Positions 63,662-64,000 of a DNA stretch of 64,000 nucleotides are shown here, in pieces (the stretch's first letter is position 1; each line of letters begins with the position of its first letter). Source of the stretch: Spizellomyces punctatus DAOM BR117 (Eukaryota). Below the pieces are notes generated by a model. It did no database searches. It worked only from the letters and a program-made list of their open reading frames with translations, and had not been told where the DNA came from. The stretch lies in NCBI GenBank assembly GCA_000182565.2, contig KQ257450.1. One strand, 5' to 3'. The position numbers were made by a program, and so were the translations under genes.

Positions 63662-64000
63662 ATGTCGCGACGACGAGTAGGAATACACGGCCTGCAGCAA
63701 CAAGCCCGCACAAATGCCGAATTCCAAAGAGCGGGAGAGGCACTTGCACACCAACAGCTAGAACAGGTGAGATGTTGCAGCATTGCCAAAGAAATCTCCC
63801 TTTTCCTTGCACTCAGACATCCATTATTAGCTGAAAACGCAGCTGTCAGTGTTCAAAACAAATCTAGAGGACTTTGCTCGCAAATACCGAAAAGATATCA
63901 AGCGTGACCCAAAGTTTCGGATGCATTTTCAGCGAATGTGCACGAATATTGGCATTGACCCACTCGCTTGTATGTGACCACGTCGACACTTGAGTTTTTT
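63662..64000 (+). CDS. SNF8: ESCRT-II subunit Snf8/Vps22 (5' part; runs off the window)
   Basis: MSRRRVGI...; QLSVFKTNLEDFARKYRKDIKRDPKFRMHFQRMCTNIGIDPLA. Confidence 0.9.

Overview
Eukaryotic, intron-rich fungal DNA, most likely from a flagellated chytrid (Spizellomycetales-like). This is inferred from TMEM231, NCKAP1/WAVE, a class C GPCR, an ABCA transporter and a SpuFz1-type Fanzor. Bases 1-12 kb are gene-poor and full of repeats and relics: a 100-N gap, a MAPK fragment, a TA-flanked MITE, a tRNA-Cys(GCA) embedded in tRNA-derived repeats, and an inverted duplicated ORF relic. Bases 12.8-64 kb hold about 21 genes: class C GPCR-PH fusion, ABCA, SKN7, WW protein, Bet1-like SNARE, NCKAP1, kinase, TMX, DLD2, TMEM231, F-box/LRR, RlmN-like radical SAM, methyltransferase, ARP4, VMA12, PhyH, AUH, SERF, POLD4, membrane bZIP, KXD1, plus the start of SNF8. 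The highlight is a complete 2.1-kb TIR transposon at 49640-51775 with a TA target duplication and no transposase. It encodes a TnpB-like Fanzor1 RuvC nuclease (one +1 frameshift) followed by a structured omegaRNA in its right end, with a flank-derived guide and a CATA TAM at the left junction. This is a eukaryotic RNA-guided DNA endonuclease locus of a described family. Family assignments come from recognised motifs, not database searches.
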